A DNA stretch of 48,193 bases, from NCBI GenBank assembly GCA_966210935.1, contig CBIHLX010000001.1, positions 1-48,193 of the forward strand, written 5' to 3'. Numbering within the stretch: position 1 is the first letter of the stretch; every line of letters starts with the position of its first letter. This DNA comes from an uncultured bacterium. GTDB lineage: Bacteria; Patescibacteriota; Saccharimonadia; Saccharimonadales; Saccharimonadaceae. The translations under genes were made by a program, and so were the position numbers. Below are positions 11,244-19,999 of the stretch, piece by piece. The notes beneath the pieces are model-generated. The model was not told where the DNA came from and ran no database searches. It was given only the letters and a program-made list of their open reading frames with translations.

Positions 11244-12368
11244 TTAGTGGATGTAGGAGTAGGCGCCAACGTTGCCAGCAGGAATGATGCGGCCAGACAC
11301 GATATTGAAGCCACCACCAACGACATAAGCGTTCATTTCACTGATAGCTAAGTCGCCGTTTGGTCGGATCTCTTCGACTATACCAACGTGGCCATAGTAA
11401 CCACTGCGGTCCTGAATGACTGCACCTACAGACGGCGTACCGTTAACGACGTAACCGTTAGCTGCCGCACGCGATGCCCAAGTATTAGCATTGCCAAGGC
11501 TATTATCAATACGAAGACCAAGTTCAACACGACGGTCATAGACGTAGGCAGTACAGTTACCATAAGCATAGCCATTACCACTGTACATTGGGGTACCAAC
11601 CTTGATGCGCCATGTGTCACCACCAAACCCAGCGCCATAGCTTGCACGGTATGTAGTGGTTGTAGTAGGAGCGGTAGCACGCGGGGCTACGTAGCCAGGG
11701 CGTTCATTGTTTGGTAGATTACCGCCAGGAATAATAATTCGCGTGCCGACACCCAGCCCATTTAGCTCAAGGTCATTGAAAAGTACGATATCCGCAGCGC
11801 TTGCACTATATTTGCTCGCGAGGCTTTCAACCGTGTCACCATTTTTAACAGTGTAGAGTACGCCGTTGACTGGAAGAATCTCTAGCTGACGACCTGGTTC
11901 AAGTGCATCAGACGATAAGCTATTTGCCCACTTAATCGTGTCAGCAGAGACACCGTATTGCTGCGCAAGCGCGCTAACAGTGTCACCCGCCTGAGTAGTG
12001 TGGTGACGCATCTTACGGTCGCTGGCTGTCGGCTGGACAATCTGCGGCTTAGTAATTACATTGTTTGTACTCGTTTGCGCTAACTCACTCTCCACACTGA
12101 GAGAAATTGATAGGCTGGCAAGGTTAGGTGCTACGGCAAGGCTCGCACGTTCAGCGATCTGTGCGGCAACATTTGTCGCTACCAATTGGTCAATCGATGG
12201 CTGCTCGCGTAGTGTCGCTTGAGTCAGCACTGCAGGTTGCGCATTAACTGCATTAGCAACGCCATCATCGATCTGCTGAGGCGGCTGGTAGCCAATTGCC
12301 ACCATAGACATAACTAGCAAGAAAACACCGGTATATGCCGCAACTGTTGTCGACTTAGGGCCACGCAC
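11244..12368 (-). CDS. Secreted peptidoglycan hydrolase with 2 LysM domains and a C-terminal CHAP amidase/peptidase domain
   Basis: N-terminal TM/signal (VAAYTGVFLLVMSMVAIG). LysM repeats (HTTQAGDTVSALAQQYGVSADTIKWANSL and YTVKNGDTVESLASKYSASAADIVLFNDL). CHAP-type Cys/His (YGNCTAYVYDRR ... GHVGIVEE). The listed GTG start lacks an SD; see the finding on a possible upstream ATT start at 12467/12470. Confidence 0.85.
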   Translation of the reverse strand: MRGPKSTTVAAYTGVFLLVMSMVAIGYQPPQQIDDGVANAVNAQPAVLTQATLREQPSIDQLVATNVAAQIAERASLAVAPNLASLSISLSVESELAQTSTNNVITKPQIVQPTASDRKMRHHTTQAGDTVSALAQQYGVSADTIKWANSLSSDALEPGRQLEILPVNGVLYTVKNGDTVESLASKYSASAADIVLFNDLELNGLGVGTRIIIPGGNLPNNERPGYVAPRATAPTTTTTYRASYGAGFGGDTWRIKVGTPMYSGNGYAYGNCTAYVYDRRVELGLRIDNSLGNANTWASRAAANGYVVNGTPSVGAVIQDRSGYYGHVGIVEEIRPNGDLAISEMNAYVVGGGFNIVSGRIIPAGNVGAYSYIH

Positions 12369-12704
12369 ACGTCGCTTATGAGCGATTTGGGGACGAGGTA
12401 ATACCTGCTGTCGTAATTGGGCAATTGTGGCTTGAGATGAACTCGCGCCAGCTGGTTGATTACGAATAATCGTTCTCCTGCCATCGCATTACTGCAAAGG
12501 CGTCTACCTTACTCTGTCTTTCTTCTTGTTTCAAGAACGGGGTACTTTTGTCGACCGATTTCATTAAATGATATTAGGTGAAAAGTTCTTAGTTCTGTAC
12601 CCGTACGACATTTGTCGGTAGGCTCATGTATGGACCATCTTCCCACTCGCACATGAAGCTTGTTGGCTTCATTAGTAGTTGATCGCATAAATGTGCTGTA
12701 CTTC

Positions 12705-12733
12705 ATTTTAGCAAGCGTTGCAAGAAGTGTCAA
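12705..12733 (-). promoter_or_regulatory. Candidate sigma70-type promoter for the LysM-CHAP gene
   Basis: Minus strand TTGACA (12733..12728), 17-nt spacer, TAAAAT (12710..12705). Confidence 0.45.
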
Positions 12734-12766
12734 TTTATTTTATAAAATATTAATATTGTCAAATTT

Positions 12767-14038
12767 CTAAGGAATTGCACATTTAACATGACAGTGGTTT
12801 TTAATATTCGCCTGATGCTCCTCGTCTGTTCGACCGAAATAAGTCACATCGTCATCACCACTGAGGAAATAGATATAGTCATTATCAGCAGGATTTGCAA
12901 CCGCAGCTAGTGCGCCGACACTCGGCACAGCAATTGGTCCAGGCGTCAGTCCAGGGTATTTACGAGTATTGTACGGGGTATCTACTTCTACGGTGCGAGA
13001 CTCACCAATCTGGTCAGCGCCGTAATAAGCGGTCACATCAGACCCTAGTGGCATATTCATTGCTAAGCGATTGTAAAACACCTGAGCCACCTGTCGCTGA
13101 TCTTCACTTGCTTCATTGGCGTTTGCCGCGCTCACCTCTCTCTGTACGATGGAGGCCAGAATTATCCCCTGATAGAGAGTGAAGCCTCGCTGCTTAAGCG
13201 GTTCAATAATGTTCTGAGCAAGAATCTTCTCATAGTACACATCAAATACGTGACTTAAGATATCTTCTACTGTCGCATCACTGCTAAACGCATAAGTCTC
13301 ACCGTAAACATACCCTTCTAAGCCCGCCTCGGCCGGCTTGCCTTCGAATAACGCATCACTTGCTACCCCGCGGGCAGCGTACGACTTAGAGAGGGCCGCT
13401 TCGATCTCTTGTTTAGTGTAGCCTGCGCGCAGCAGAACTGATGTTACATCCGTTTTTTTATCTTCCGGCGTGTCAGTAGTGTCGCGCAGTGTTGCGCCAG
13501 GATAGAACGTGATAGATATCATATCTGTACGCCCTGAGGTAAGATGACCAATGATTTCAGGAGTCGACTCGCTCGGAGACAAACTATACGCACCCGCTTG
13601 CAACTGGTTGCGCACGCCATTTATTCGAGTATAGAGATCGAAGGCCAGCGTACTACGGATAAGCCCCTTGTCGTAGAGAACTTGCCCGATCTGAGTAGGG
13701 CCGCTCCCGCTTTTAATAGATAGGCGGACATGCGACTCATCATTTCGATCGACTGGAGTAAGGGCCTGGAAGTACCATACGGCCGCTCCGGCCGCGAGCA
13801 AGAATATGGCAAAAAGAAGACCGATCAATGACCATAGAACAATCTTTCGTTTTGATCGTTTTGACACGGGCTTATCGCTAGGCGCGAGGGACTCTTCGGT
13901 CTCAGTATTCGTAGGCGCGGCAATTAAATCGACAGGCGCGTCCCCGTCCCCTACAAGTGGCAGCACATCCATGCGCCGCTCTTCCGACTCTGGCTGCGCT
14001 GTAGTAGGACGGCGCGGTGGTCGAATATCTCCATTCAT
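12767..14038 (-). CDS. mltG: Endolytic murein transglycosylase MltG (YceG family)
   Basis: 423 aa. Single TM (IVLWSLIGLLFAIFLLAAGAAVWYF). YceG-type C-terminus (TPYNTRKYPGLTPGPIAVPSVGALAAVANP...YIYFLS). Confidence 0.9.
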   Translation of the reverse strand: MNGDIRPPRRPTTAQPESEERRMDVLPLVGDGDAPVDLIAAPTNTETEESLAPSDKPVSKRSKRKIVLWSLIGLLFAIFLLAAGAAVWYFQALTPVDRNDESHVRLSIKSGSGPTQIGQVLYDKGLIRSTLAFDLYTRINGVRNQLQAGAYSLSPSESTPEIIGHLTSGRTDMISITFYPGATLRDTTDTPEDKKTDVTSVLLRAGYTKQEIEAALSKSYAARGVASDALFEGKPAEAGLEGYVYGETYAFSSDATVEDILSHVFDVYYEKILAQNIIEPLKQRGFTLYQGIILASIVQREVSAANANEASEDQRQVAQVFYNRLAMNMPLGSDVTAYYGADQIGESRTVEVDTPYNTRKYPGLTPGPIAVPSVGALAAVANPADNDYIYFLSGDDDVTYFGRTDEEHQANIKNHCHVKCAIP

Positions 14039-14439
14039 TATAGTAGCTCCAGGTAATCTTGCAGGATCAAAGTTGCCGCTTCTGCATCAATGTCACCTTT
14101 GCTATATGCCCTACCCGATGCCTTGAGGCGCTGCTCAGCAAGAACGCTGGTCAGAGACTCGTCTTGGAATACAAGTGATGGCGCAAAGCCCTTGAGTGCG
14201 GCAGCGACATTTTCAACGTACTCCGTCTGTGCCGTTGGCTCACCTGATTGATTTCGCGGATAACCAATAACTAGTACTGCTACCCGCTCATCCTCGACTA
14301 ATTGCCTAATTCGCTCAATCTCCGTCCCATCAACCACCAGTGTAGTCAGCGGGATTGCTAGACGCACCCCTGTGTCACCTTTTGCAACACCAATACGGCG
14401 TTCACCGATATCAAGAGCTAGGAGGTTTTTACTTGTCAT
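14038..14439 (-). CDS. ruvX: Putative pre-16S rRNA nuclease / Holliday junction resolvase-like RuvX (YqgF)
   Basis: LLALDIGERRIGVAKGD, VLVIGYPRNQSGE and LTSVLAEQ motifs. Start taken at ATG 14439, which overlaps the upstream stop (AATGACAAGTAA). The ORF track extends to 14475. Confidence 0.85.
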   Translation of the reverse strand: MTSKNLLALDIGERRIGVAKGDTGVRLAIPLTTLVVDGTEIERIRQLVEDERVAVLVIGYPRNQSGEPTAQTEYVENVAAALKGFAPSLVFQDESLTSVLAEQRLKASGRAYSKGDIDAEAATLILQDYLELL

Positions 14440-16075
14440 TACTGAGCTTGAATTCCACACTGATACGCTTAACATCGTTTGGTGTTGAGGTCACCCAGAA
14501 TGGCGAATATTCAACGTCCACACTTTCAACCCCTTGGATTGCCTCAAGACTTGCCTGAATGTCACCGTAGCGCTTGCCAGCCGCCAGCTCTTTCACCTCA
14601 TCATCACTGATTTTGGGACCGATCTTAGCACTAGCAACCAGGTTGGCACCAAACTTACCGCCGTCAACCACACTAATATTTGACAGTTTCGCTTCACCGC
14701 TACCATTATCGTACACGCGCTGATCATCTTTATCTTTGAGCTGCGCTTTAAAGTAATCATCTAGGTACACTTTGAGTTCTGATTTTGCCACCGCACTAAG
14801 TGAGTATGTTACAGAACTCGTTAGTCGCGCTTTGCCATCAGTTGACTCCTGGTCAACCGCTGGAGCTGATGATGGATTTGCTTGATCAATCTTGAAGCTC
14901 TGGTCAACAACGACAAATGTGCCGTCGAACTGCTTTGCGAGGTCCTTCTTTATGTCATCTGTTTTCTGTTCGGCTAGTTGCTCGGTCGCTTTCTGTACGT
15001 CGTCAGCACTCACAACAGTCACAGTCTTCTTGCTACCACCGGCCATGTCGGTTCCATTTGCGTTTACACCACTAACACTTGAGGTATACCCTCGCGCAGA
15101 GAGGTTGTAGTTGTCGCCAATGTCAGTTGCCTGCACCGCAACAGTCGCTGAGCCAGGATCAAAACCACTCGGGGTCAACTGGGAAGTCAGTGTTGCAGCC
15201 TGAGTACTAACAAATGTAAGACCGCTCGCAGTGAACTCCGTACCCGCAGGGACGGTGACAGGCGTCGCCGAAGGACTCGTGCGTGTCAGCTTCATACTAC
15301 CCGTCGCCTTGTTGCCAACATCTTTTTTACCCGTCGCCGCAAACTCAACGGTTTGATCCTTTTTAGTCTGCTTCGTCGTGCTTTTTAGAAGACCCTCCTG
15401 AAGTGTCGTAGTCGCAGCCGGATCGAGCGTTACTCGGGCATTGACCGGTGTATCGGTAGTGCGTGCCGCAATCACCACGTTGGCTCGTGGCGCAAAGAAA
15501 ATCGCCCACACCAAGAAACCAATCAGAACAAGACCGCCGGCTCCAATTAGTAGCAGCTTTTTGCGGAAGCTATCAAAATTAGGCACTTTGACACCGCTCT
15601 TAGTACGAACAGGTCGTGAGCGCACCGGTGCTGTCCTGCCTCCCTTTTCTTCGGCGGCATTTTCACGCACCGCCTCATCAACCGCAGGACTGACTGCCGT
15701 AAAGGCTGTACCACGATCGGCCGTACGCGCCAACTCACCAACTGGTAGTTGGCTACCGTCGATAATATCCTCCTCGATATCGGCATCCTCATCAGGTGCA
15801 GCTCCTATTTCGGGCTTACTCTGCAAATTTTTGGCAACCGGAATTTTTGCAGCCGCAGCAAGTGCAGTAAGCGCACCGTTGGTTGTAATCAAAACAAGGT
15901 GTTTACCGCTTTGTGTCGTCGTGCGGCTAAGCAGACGCAGATTGACTGCGCTCTGAAGAACTCCGATACGCTTTGGCGGCACAAGCACAACGATTTTCTC
16001 ACGGGACTGCTTAACCTTCCCGATAATAGCCGTGATGTCGTCCTCGACATCGATGTAAATAATATCTTTATTCAT
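14429..16075 (-). CDS. Conserved-looking hypothetical single-pass membrane protein (548 aa), between ftsA and ruvX
   Basis: Three parts: a cytoplasmic N-domain (MNKDIIYIDVEDDITAIIGKVKQSREKIVVLVPPKRIGVLQSAVNLRLL...), an acidic linker, and one TM (LLLIGAGGLVLIGFLVWAIFFAP) followed by a large Thr/Ser/Val-rich extracytoplasmic domain. It starts 3 nt after ftsA and overlaps ruvX. Confidence 0.7.
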   Translation of the reverse strand: MNKDIIYIDVEDDITAIIGKVKQSREKIVVLVPPKRIGVLQSAVNLRLLSRTTTQSGKHLVLITTNGALTALAAAAKIPVAKNLQSKPEIGAAPDEDADIEEDIIDGSQLPVGELARTADRGTAFTAVSPAVDEAVRENAAEEKGGRTAPVRSRPVRTKSGVKVPNFDSFRKKLLLIGAGGLVLIGFLVWAIFFAPRANVVIAARTTDTPVNARVTLDPAATTTLQEGLLKSTTKQTKKDQTVEFAATGKKDVGNKATGSMKLTRTSPSATPVTVPAGTEFTASGLTFVSTQAATLTSQLTPSGFDPGSATVAVQATDIGDNYNLSARGYTSSVSGVNANGTDMAGGSKKTVTVVSADDVQKATEQLAEQKTDDIKKDLAKQFDGTFVVVDQSFKIDQANPSSAPAVDQESTDGKARLTSSVTYSLSAVAKSELKVYLDDYFKAQLKDKDDQRVYDNGSGEAKLSNISVVDGGKFGANLVASAKIGPKISDDEVKELAAGKRYGDIQASLEAIQGVESVDVEYSPFWVTSTPNDVKRISVEFKLSNDK

Positions 16076-16078
16076 TGT

Positions 16079-17344
16079 TTATATTCTAAGCAAACGATTA
16101 AGTTTTTCCTTGATACTATCGGCGCCTTGATTCCCTATCATTGTATCATAGCCAACCCGGAGCAAACCCATGGCGGTAATGTACGTATGGTCATTAGCGG
16201 CCCCAGTCGCATCTTCAATGCCAATCACTTCACTTGGTGCAATATGCTGAACGGTCGGGCGCTTGGTAAATGGCAAGTCCTTATACCAATCGCGCTTCGA
16301 AAGAGCCTCCACAAGCTGATCCAGACTCGCACCACCGCCACAAAGGAGGATGCGATTCGGCAAATGATCAACGGAGTCAAATTCGCTAAGCGCCAACTCA
16401 ACACCAGAGAGCCACACGTCTAGCGTCTTATCGACAATCTGCTCCGCACGCTTCTGTACGGTTGGCTTCAGCTTTTCGTGATTAAGATTTACTTTAAGCT
16501 TCTCGGCGTCATCATAACTCAGGTCCATTTCGCTCGCGAGAGTGCGTGTAAAGCTGCGTCCACCGATGCCAAACATCTTGGTACCCTCGACGCCACCATC
16601 GTTAACGACCGCAATGTCCGTCGTACCGCCACCGACATCGGCCAAAATTGCCGTAAAGTTGCTACTAGCATCATTGCCCAGCACCGAACGACTTACTGCA
16701 AACGGCTCTGCCGCTACCGCAACCAGCTCAAGCGCCAGCTCATCAGCAACACGCTCCAATGCGCCAATATGTACCATAGGAGCAAAGGCGGTATAGATCT
16801 GCACAGAAACGTCCTTACCCTGGAAGCCGATCGGGTTACTGACCTTGTAGCCGTCAATATGAATACTGACGAGCGCCGAGTTGACCAATTTAACTTCGAC
16901 ATCCTCATTGCCAGTCTCGAGGGCGATTTGCTTCTGCGCCTTTTCCTGCGCACGCTCCTGCACCTTCTCGATAATAAATTCCATTTCGGCTACGTCGAGC
17001 GGACGGTCAGGTTGTGGTCGGCGATAGCGAATAGTATTCGTGACACCCTTGACCAACTCACCAGCGATACCGATTACAACTCGCTTTGCCTGCAAGCCAG
17101 CCTGATCTTCAGCTTCAGCAAGCGCCTCTTCGCAGTTGCGCACCACACCGGCAATATCAGCGATAGCGCCGGAGTGCATATCACTCAGCTCCTGGCGTGT
17201 GCGACCAACGCCAACAATCTTGAGCGTCTCACCGTCAAGCTTGGCAATCAAAGCCTTTACGAATTCCGTACCGATATCGAGCGCGACAACATAATCATCG
17301 TTTGCGTGTTCTTTTGACCGAAGTCGAAGTGAATCAAAAACCAT
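16079..17344 (-). CDS. ftsA: Cell division protein FtsA-like actin-family ATPase
   Basis: ALDIGTEFVKALIA (phosphate 1), ADVGGGTTDIAV (phosphate 2), LCGGGASL (adenosine motif), and a C-terminal amphipathic tail KEKLNRLLRI. Start chosen at ATG 17344; the ORF track extends to 17440. Confidence 0.8.
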   Translation of the reverse strand: MVFDSLRLRSKEHANDDYVVALDIGTEFVKALIAKLDGETLKIVGVGRTRQELSDMHSGAIADIAGVVRNCEEALAEAEDQAGLQAKRVVIGIAGELVKGVTNTIRYRRPQPDRPLDVAEMEFIIEKVQERAQEKAQKQIALETGNEDVEVKLVNSALVSIHIDGYKVSNPIGFQGKDVSVQIYTAFAPMVHIGALERVADELALELVAVAAEPFAVSRSVLGNDASSNFTAILADVGGGTTDIAVVNDGGVEGTKMFGIGGRSFTRTLASEMDLSYDDAEKLKVNLNHEKLKPTVQKRAEQIVDKTLDVWLSGVELALSEFDSVDHLPNRILLCGGGASLDQLVEALSKRDWYKDLPFTKRPTVQHIAPSEVIGIEDATGAANDHTYITAMGLLRVGYDTMIGNQGADSIKEKLNRLLRI

Positions 17345-17474
17345 AAGTACATTTATTATATCAAACCCTACCAAGAGCCCCAATGGATCACTGCTGTATT
17401 TTCGACGGTCATTATAGTATTTAATTAAAAAGCCGCCCACTACTTAGGGGCAGACTTTTATGTTCACGTAAAAA

Positions 17475-19364
17475 TTAAACGAGAATTGCCTTAATACGGC
17501 GCACGCCAGCAGAACTCGCTTCTTCCTTGGTAATCTTAAACTTCTTACCGCCTTCAAATAGCTCAAGAGTGTGATCCACATGAGGGCCGCCACAAATCTC
17601 AAAGCTATACGGACTGTCGGCATCGTCAGCTAGCATCTGATACACCTTGACCGTCTCGCCATAGCGATCACCAAACTGGCCAAGCGCACCCTTTTCATTG
17701 ATAGCTACATCGGTTGGATACTCTGCAAAGCTCACCTTGAGGTCTTTTGCAATCTCTTCGTTCACGATTCGCTCTACTTCATCAAGTTGCTCGCGGGTGA
17801 CTTTTTCTGTATGGGAAAAGTCGAAGCGCAGGCGCTCTTCGGTAATATTGCTACCACGCTGAACTACATGATCCCCCAGGACGTCACGCAGCGCCTGGTA
17901 CATAAGATGCGTTGCCGTGTGATACTTCTTATGCTGCAAGGTCTGACCGCCGAGGCCACCCTTAAAGACGCCCTTGGCAGCCGTCTGTGAGCGCTGGCGC
18001 TGCTCAGCCATCTTGTCATCAAATTCTTGGCGCCAGTTGTCACTAAGTTGAATCTCTTGCTTATAGGCTTCTTCGGTAGAAAGCTCCACCGGGAAGCCGT
18101 AGGTGTCGTAGAGTGTGAAAAGCTCCGCACCTGTCAGACCTTCTTTTGCAAACTTTGTCAGCTGCGCAAGACCTTTACGGAGTGTCTGGCGAAAGACTTT
18201 TTCTTCTTTCACGAGTACAGCAATCACTTCGTCGCGCTGCGCCTTCACCTCAGGGAAGTCAGCTTCGTACATGTCAGCAATCACCGGCACAACTTCTTGA
18301 AGGAAATTCTGCTCGATACCCAAATCGAAGCTATAGCGAATCGCACGGCGCAGTAGACGACGCATTACATAGCCCTGCTCTTTGTTGCTTGGCACGCAGC
18401 CGTCAACCGCAAGGAAAGTCGCGGCACGCAGGTGATCAGCGATCACACGCATGCTTTCAGTGTGACTTTCGTACTTTTTGCCACTAAGGTCTTGGAGTTT
18501 TTCAACAATTGGCCACATCAGGCTAATTTTAAAGACGTCTGGGTCGCCTTGCTTAGCCGCAGCAATGCGCTCAAGGCCAGAGCCGTGGTCGATATTTGGC
18601 TGCTCAAGCGGCTCAAATTGACCTTCGGCCACCTTGCGATACGCCATGAAGACATTATTGCCGATTTCCATAAAGCGACCGCAGTCACAGTTCGGGTGAC
18701 AGAATTCACCGTAGCTTGGGTCGTGCGGTGTACCGAAATCATAGAACATTTCACTATCCGGACCACAAGGATCGCCGATCGGTGTTGTTTCCGGCTTGCC
18801 GTTACGGCTCCACCAGTTTTTACTGCCGTCATAGTAGAAGATGCGCTCACCTTCCTTAATACCACGGGCATAGCCCTCTTCTTCGGAACCAATCTCAGCC
18901 TCACCAGTGCTCAGCCCCTTAGCCTCAAACAGACGCTTCCACACCTCGGCCGCCTCTGTATCTTTGGCAATACCATATTCTGGCGCACCAATAAAACAGG
19001 TGACATACAGACGGCTCATGTCGAGCTTCACAACCGTGTCGAGAAACTCAAACATCCACTCGACTTGTTGTTCTTTAAAGTAATCGCCCATACTCCAGTT
19101 GCCCAGCATCTCAAAGAATGTTGTATGACGATTGTCGCCAATGTCATCGATATCTTGGGCACGTAGACAAGTTTGGCTATCAGCAATGCGCTTGCCTTCT
19201 GGATGAGCCTCTCCAAGCAGGTAAGGGATCATTGGCTGCATGCCGCTGCCAGTGAAGAGTGTTGTTGGGTCGCCAGTTAGAACTAGCGGGGCGCGCTTCA
19301 CGACCGCGTGCTGGCGCTCGGCGAAGAACTTAAGGTATTCATTTCGGATGTCTTGGGCGTTCAT
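17475..19364 (-). CDS. alaS: Alanine--tRNA ligase, short form (629 aa) ending right after the editing-domain motifs
   Basis: N-terminus IRNEYLKFFAERQHAVVKRAPLV, TLFTGSGMQP and FFEMLGNWSMGDYFK are AlaRS class II signatures. Editing motifs HTATHLMYQALRDVLGDHVVQRGS and CGGPHV lie near the C-terminus. No room for a C-Ala domain. Confidence 0.9.
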   Translation of the reverse strand: MNAQDIRNEYLKFFAERQHAVVKRAPLVLTGDPTTLFTGSGMQPMIPYLLGEAHPEGKRIADSQTCLRAQDIDDIGDNRHTTFFEMLGNWSMGDYFKEQQVEWMFEFLDTVVKLDMSRLYVTCFIGAPEYGIAKDTEAAEVWKRLFEAKGLSTGEAEIGSEEEGYARGIKEGERIFYYDGSKNWWSRNGKPETTPIGDPCGPDSEMFYDFGTPHDPSYGEFCHPNCDCGRFMEIGNNVFMAYRKVAEGQFEPLEQPNIDHGSGLERIAAAKQGDPDVFKISLMWPIVEKLQDLSGKKYESHTESMRVIADHLRAATFLAVDGCVPSNKEQGYVMRRLLRRAIRYSFDLGIEQNFLQEVVPVIADMYEADFPEVKAQRDEVIAVLVKEEKVFRQTLRKGLAQLTKFAKEGLTGAELFTLYDTYGFPVELSTEEAYKQEIQLSDNWRQEFDDKMAEQRQRSQTAAKGVFKGGLGGQTLQHKKYHTATHLMYQALRDVLGDHVVQRGSNITEERLRFDFSHTEKVTREQLDEVERIVNEEIAKDLKVSFAEYPTDVAINEKGALGQFGDRYGETVKVYQMLADDADSPYSFEICGGPHVDHTLELFEGGKKFKITKEEASSAGVRRIKAILV

Positions 19365-19423
19365 ATCTTACCTATTATAACAGATAACGAGACGGCTCGC
19401 CGGGGTAGCGCCAGTCAGAACCG

Positions 19424-19942
19424 CTAGCTGACCTCGACGTAGTAATTCATTTGATAGGTGCTCCAATAGCCCGTATTGTCGCAGCCCGTCAAAGCCGCCG
19501 GTAGCGCCTGGCCAGTCGGCTCACCTTCTAATCGCGCCAAAAGGATCGTACGTGTCGCAGGACTACCGCAGTTTATCTTTAAGTACCCCGAGCATCCCGA
19601 CACCTCGCCGGCATTACACCTAGGGTCGCGAATGCCTGTCGAGCTATTTAAATAACCGGCATCGGATAGCACTCTTGGTATCGTCGGACTGCCGCCATTG
19701 ACCCACCCCTGCCCATTACTCGCACCGCCACCAGTGGTGATGTAGTTGTCGTTATCGATTTTGTAAAGCCGAATCACCTTCGCAAGATCATTAAGATTTT
19801 GCTTACGCTGTGTATCCCTGGCCCGCTGCTGAATACCATTAAACGCAACGATAGTAATAGCCGCGAGAATCGCAATCACCACAATGACGATAAGAAGCTC
19901 GACAATTGTAAACCCTTTTTGTTCTGCCCACCTTTTTTGCAT
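19424..19942 (-). CDS. Type IV pilin-like protein (prepilin with class III signal peptide)
   Basis: MQKRWAEQKGFTIVELLIVIVVIAILAAITIV gives G/FTxxE prepilin-peptidase and N-methylation motifs. Four C-terminal Cys residues could form disulfide loops. Confidence 0.8.
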   Translation of the reverse strand: MQKRWAEQKGFTIVELLIVIVVIAILAAITIVAFNGIQQRARDTQRKQNLNDLAKVIRLYKIDNDNYITTGGGASNGQGWVNGGSPTIPRVLSDAGYLNSSTGIRDPRCNAGEVSGCSGYLKINCGSPATRTILLARLEGEPTGQALPAALTGCDNTGYWSTYQMNYYVEVS

Positions 19943-19999
19943 ATCTTCCCCTAATGGTATCGTGGCGCCAAAAAAAGCGCAACCAATATACCCACCAGT

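Noticed and set aside
12369-12704. Possible c-di-AMP (ydaO-type) riboswitch, since such elements often precede cell-wall hydrolase genes.
   Set aside because: I could not find the characteristic conserved blocks as I remember them (GGGGGACCCA, GGGGUGAAUC and CCGAACCCG-type segments, in pseudo-two-fold symmetry). This needs cmscan to be certain, so it is reported only as an unexplained leader.
12509-12733. 74-aa minus-strand ORF in the gap upstream of the LysM-CHAP gene.
   Set aside because: It would start inside the predicted -35/-10 promoter elements. It has no SD and an implausible sequence. The region is better explained as a promoter plus leader.
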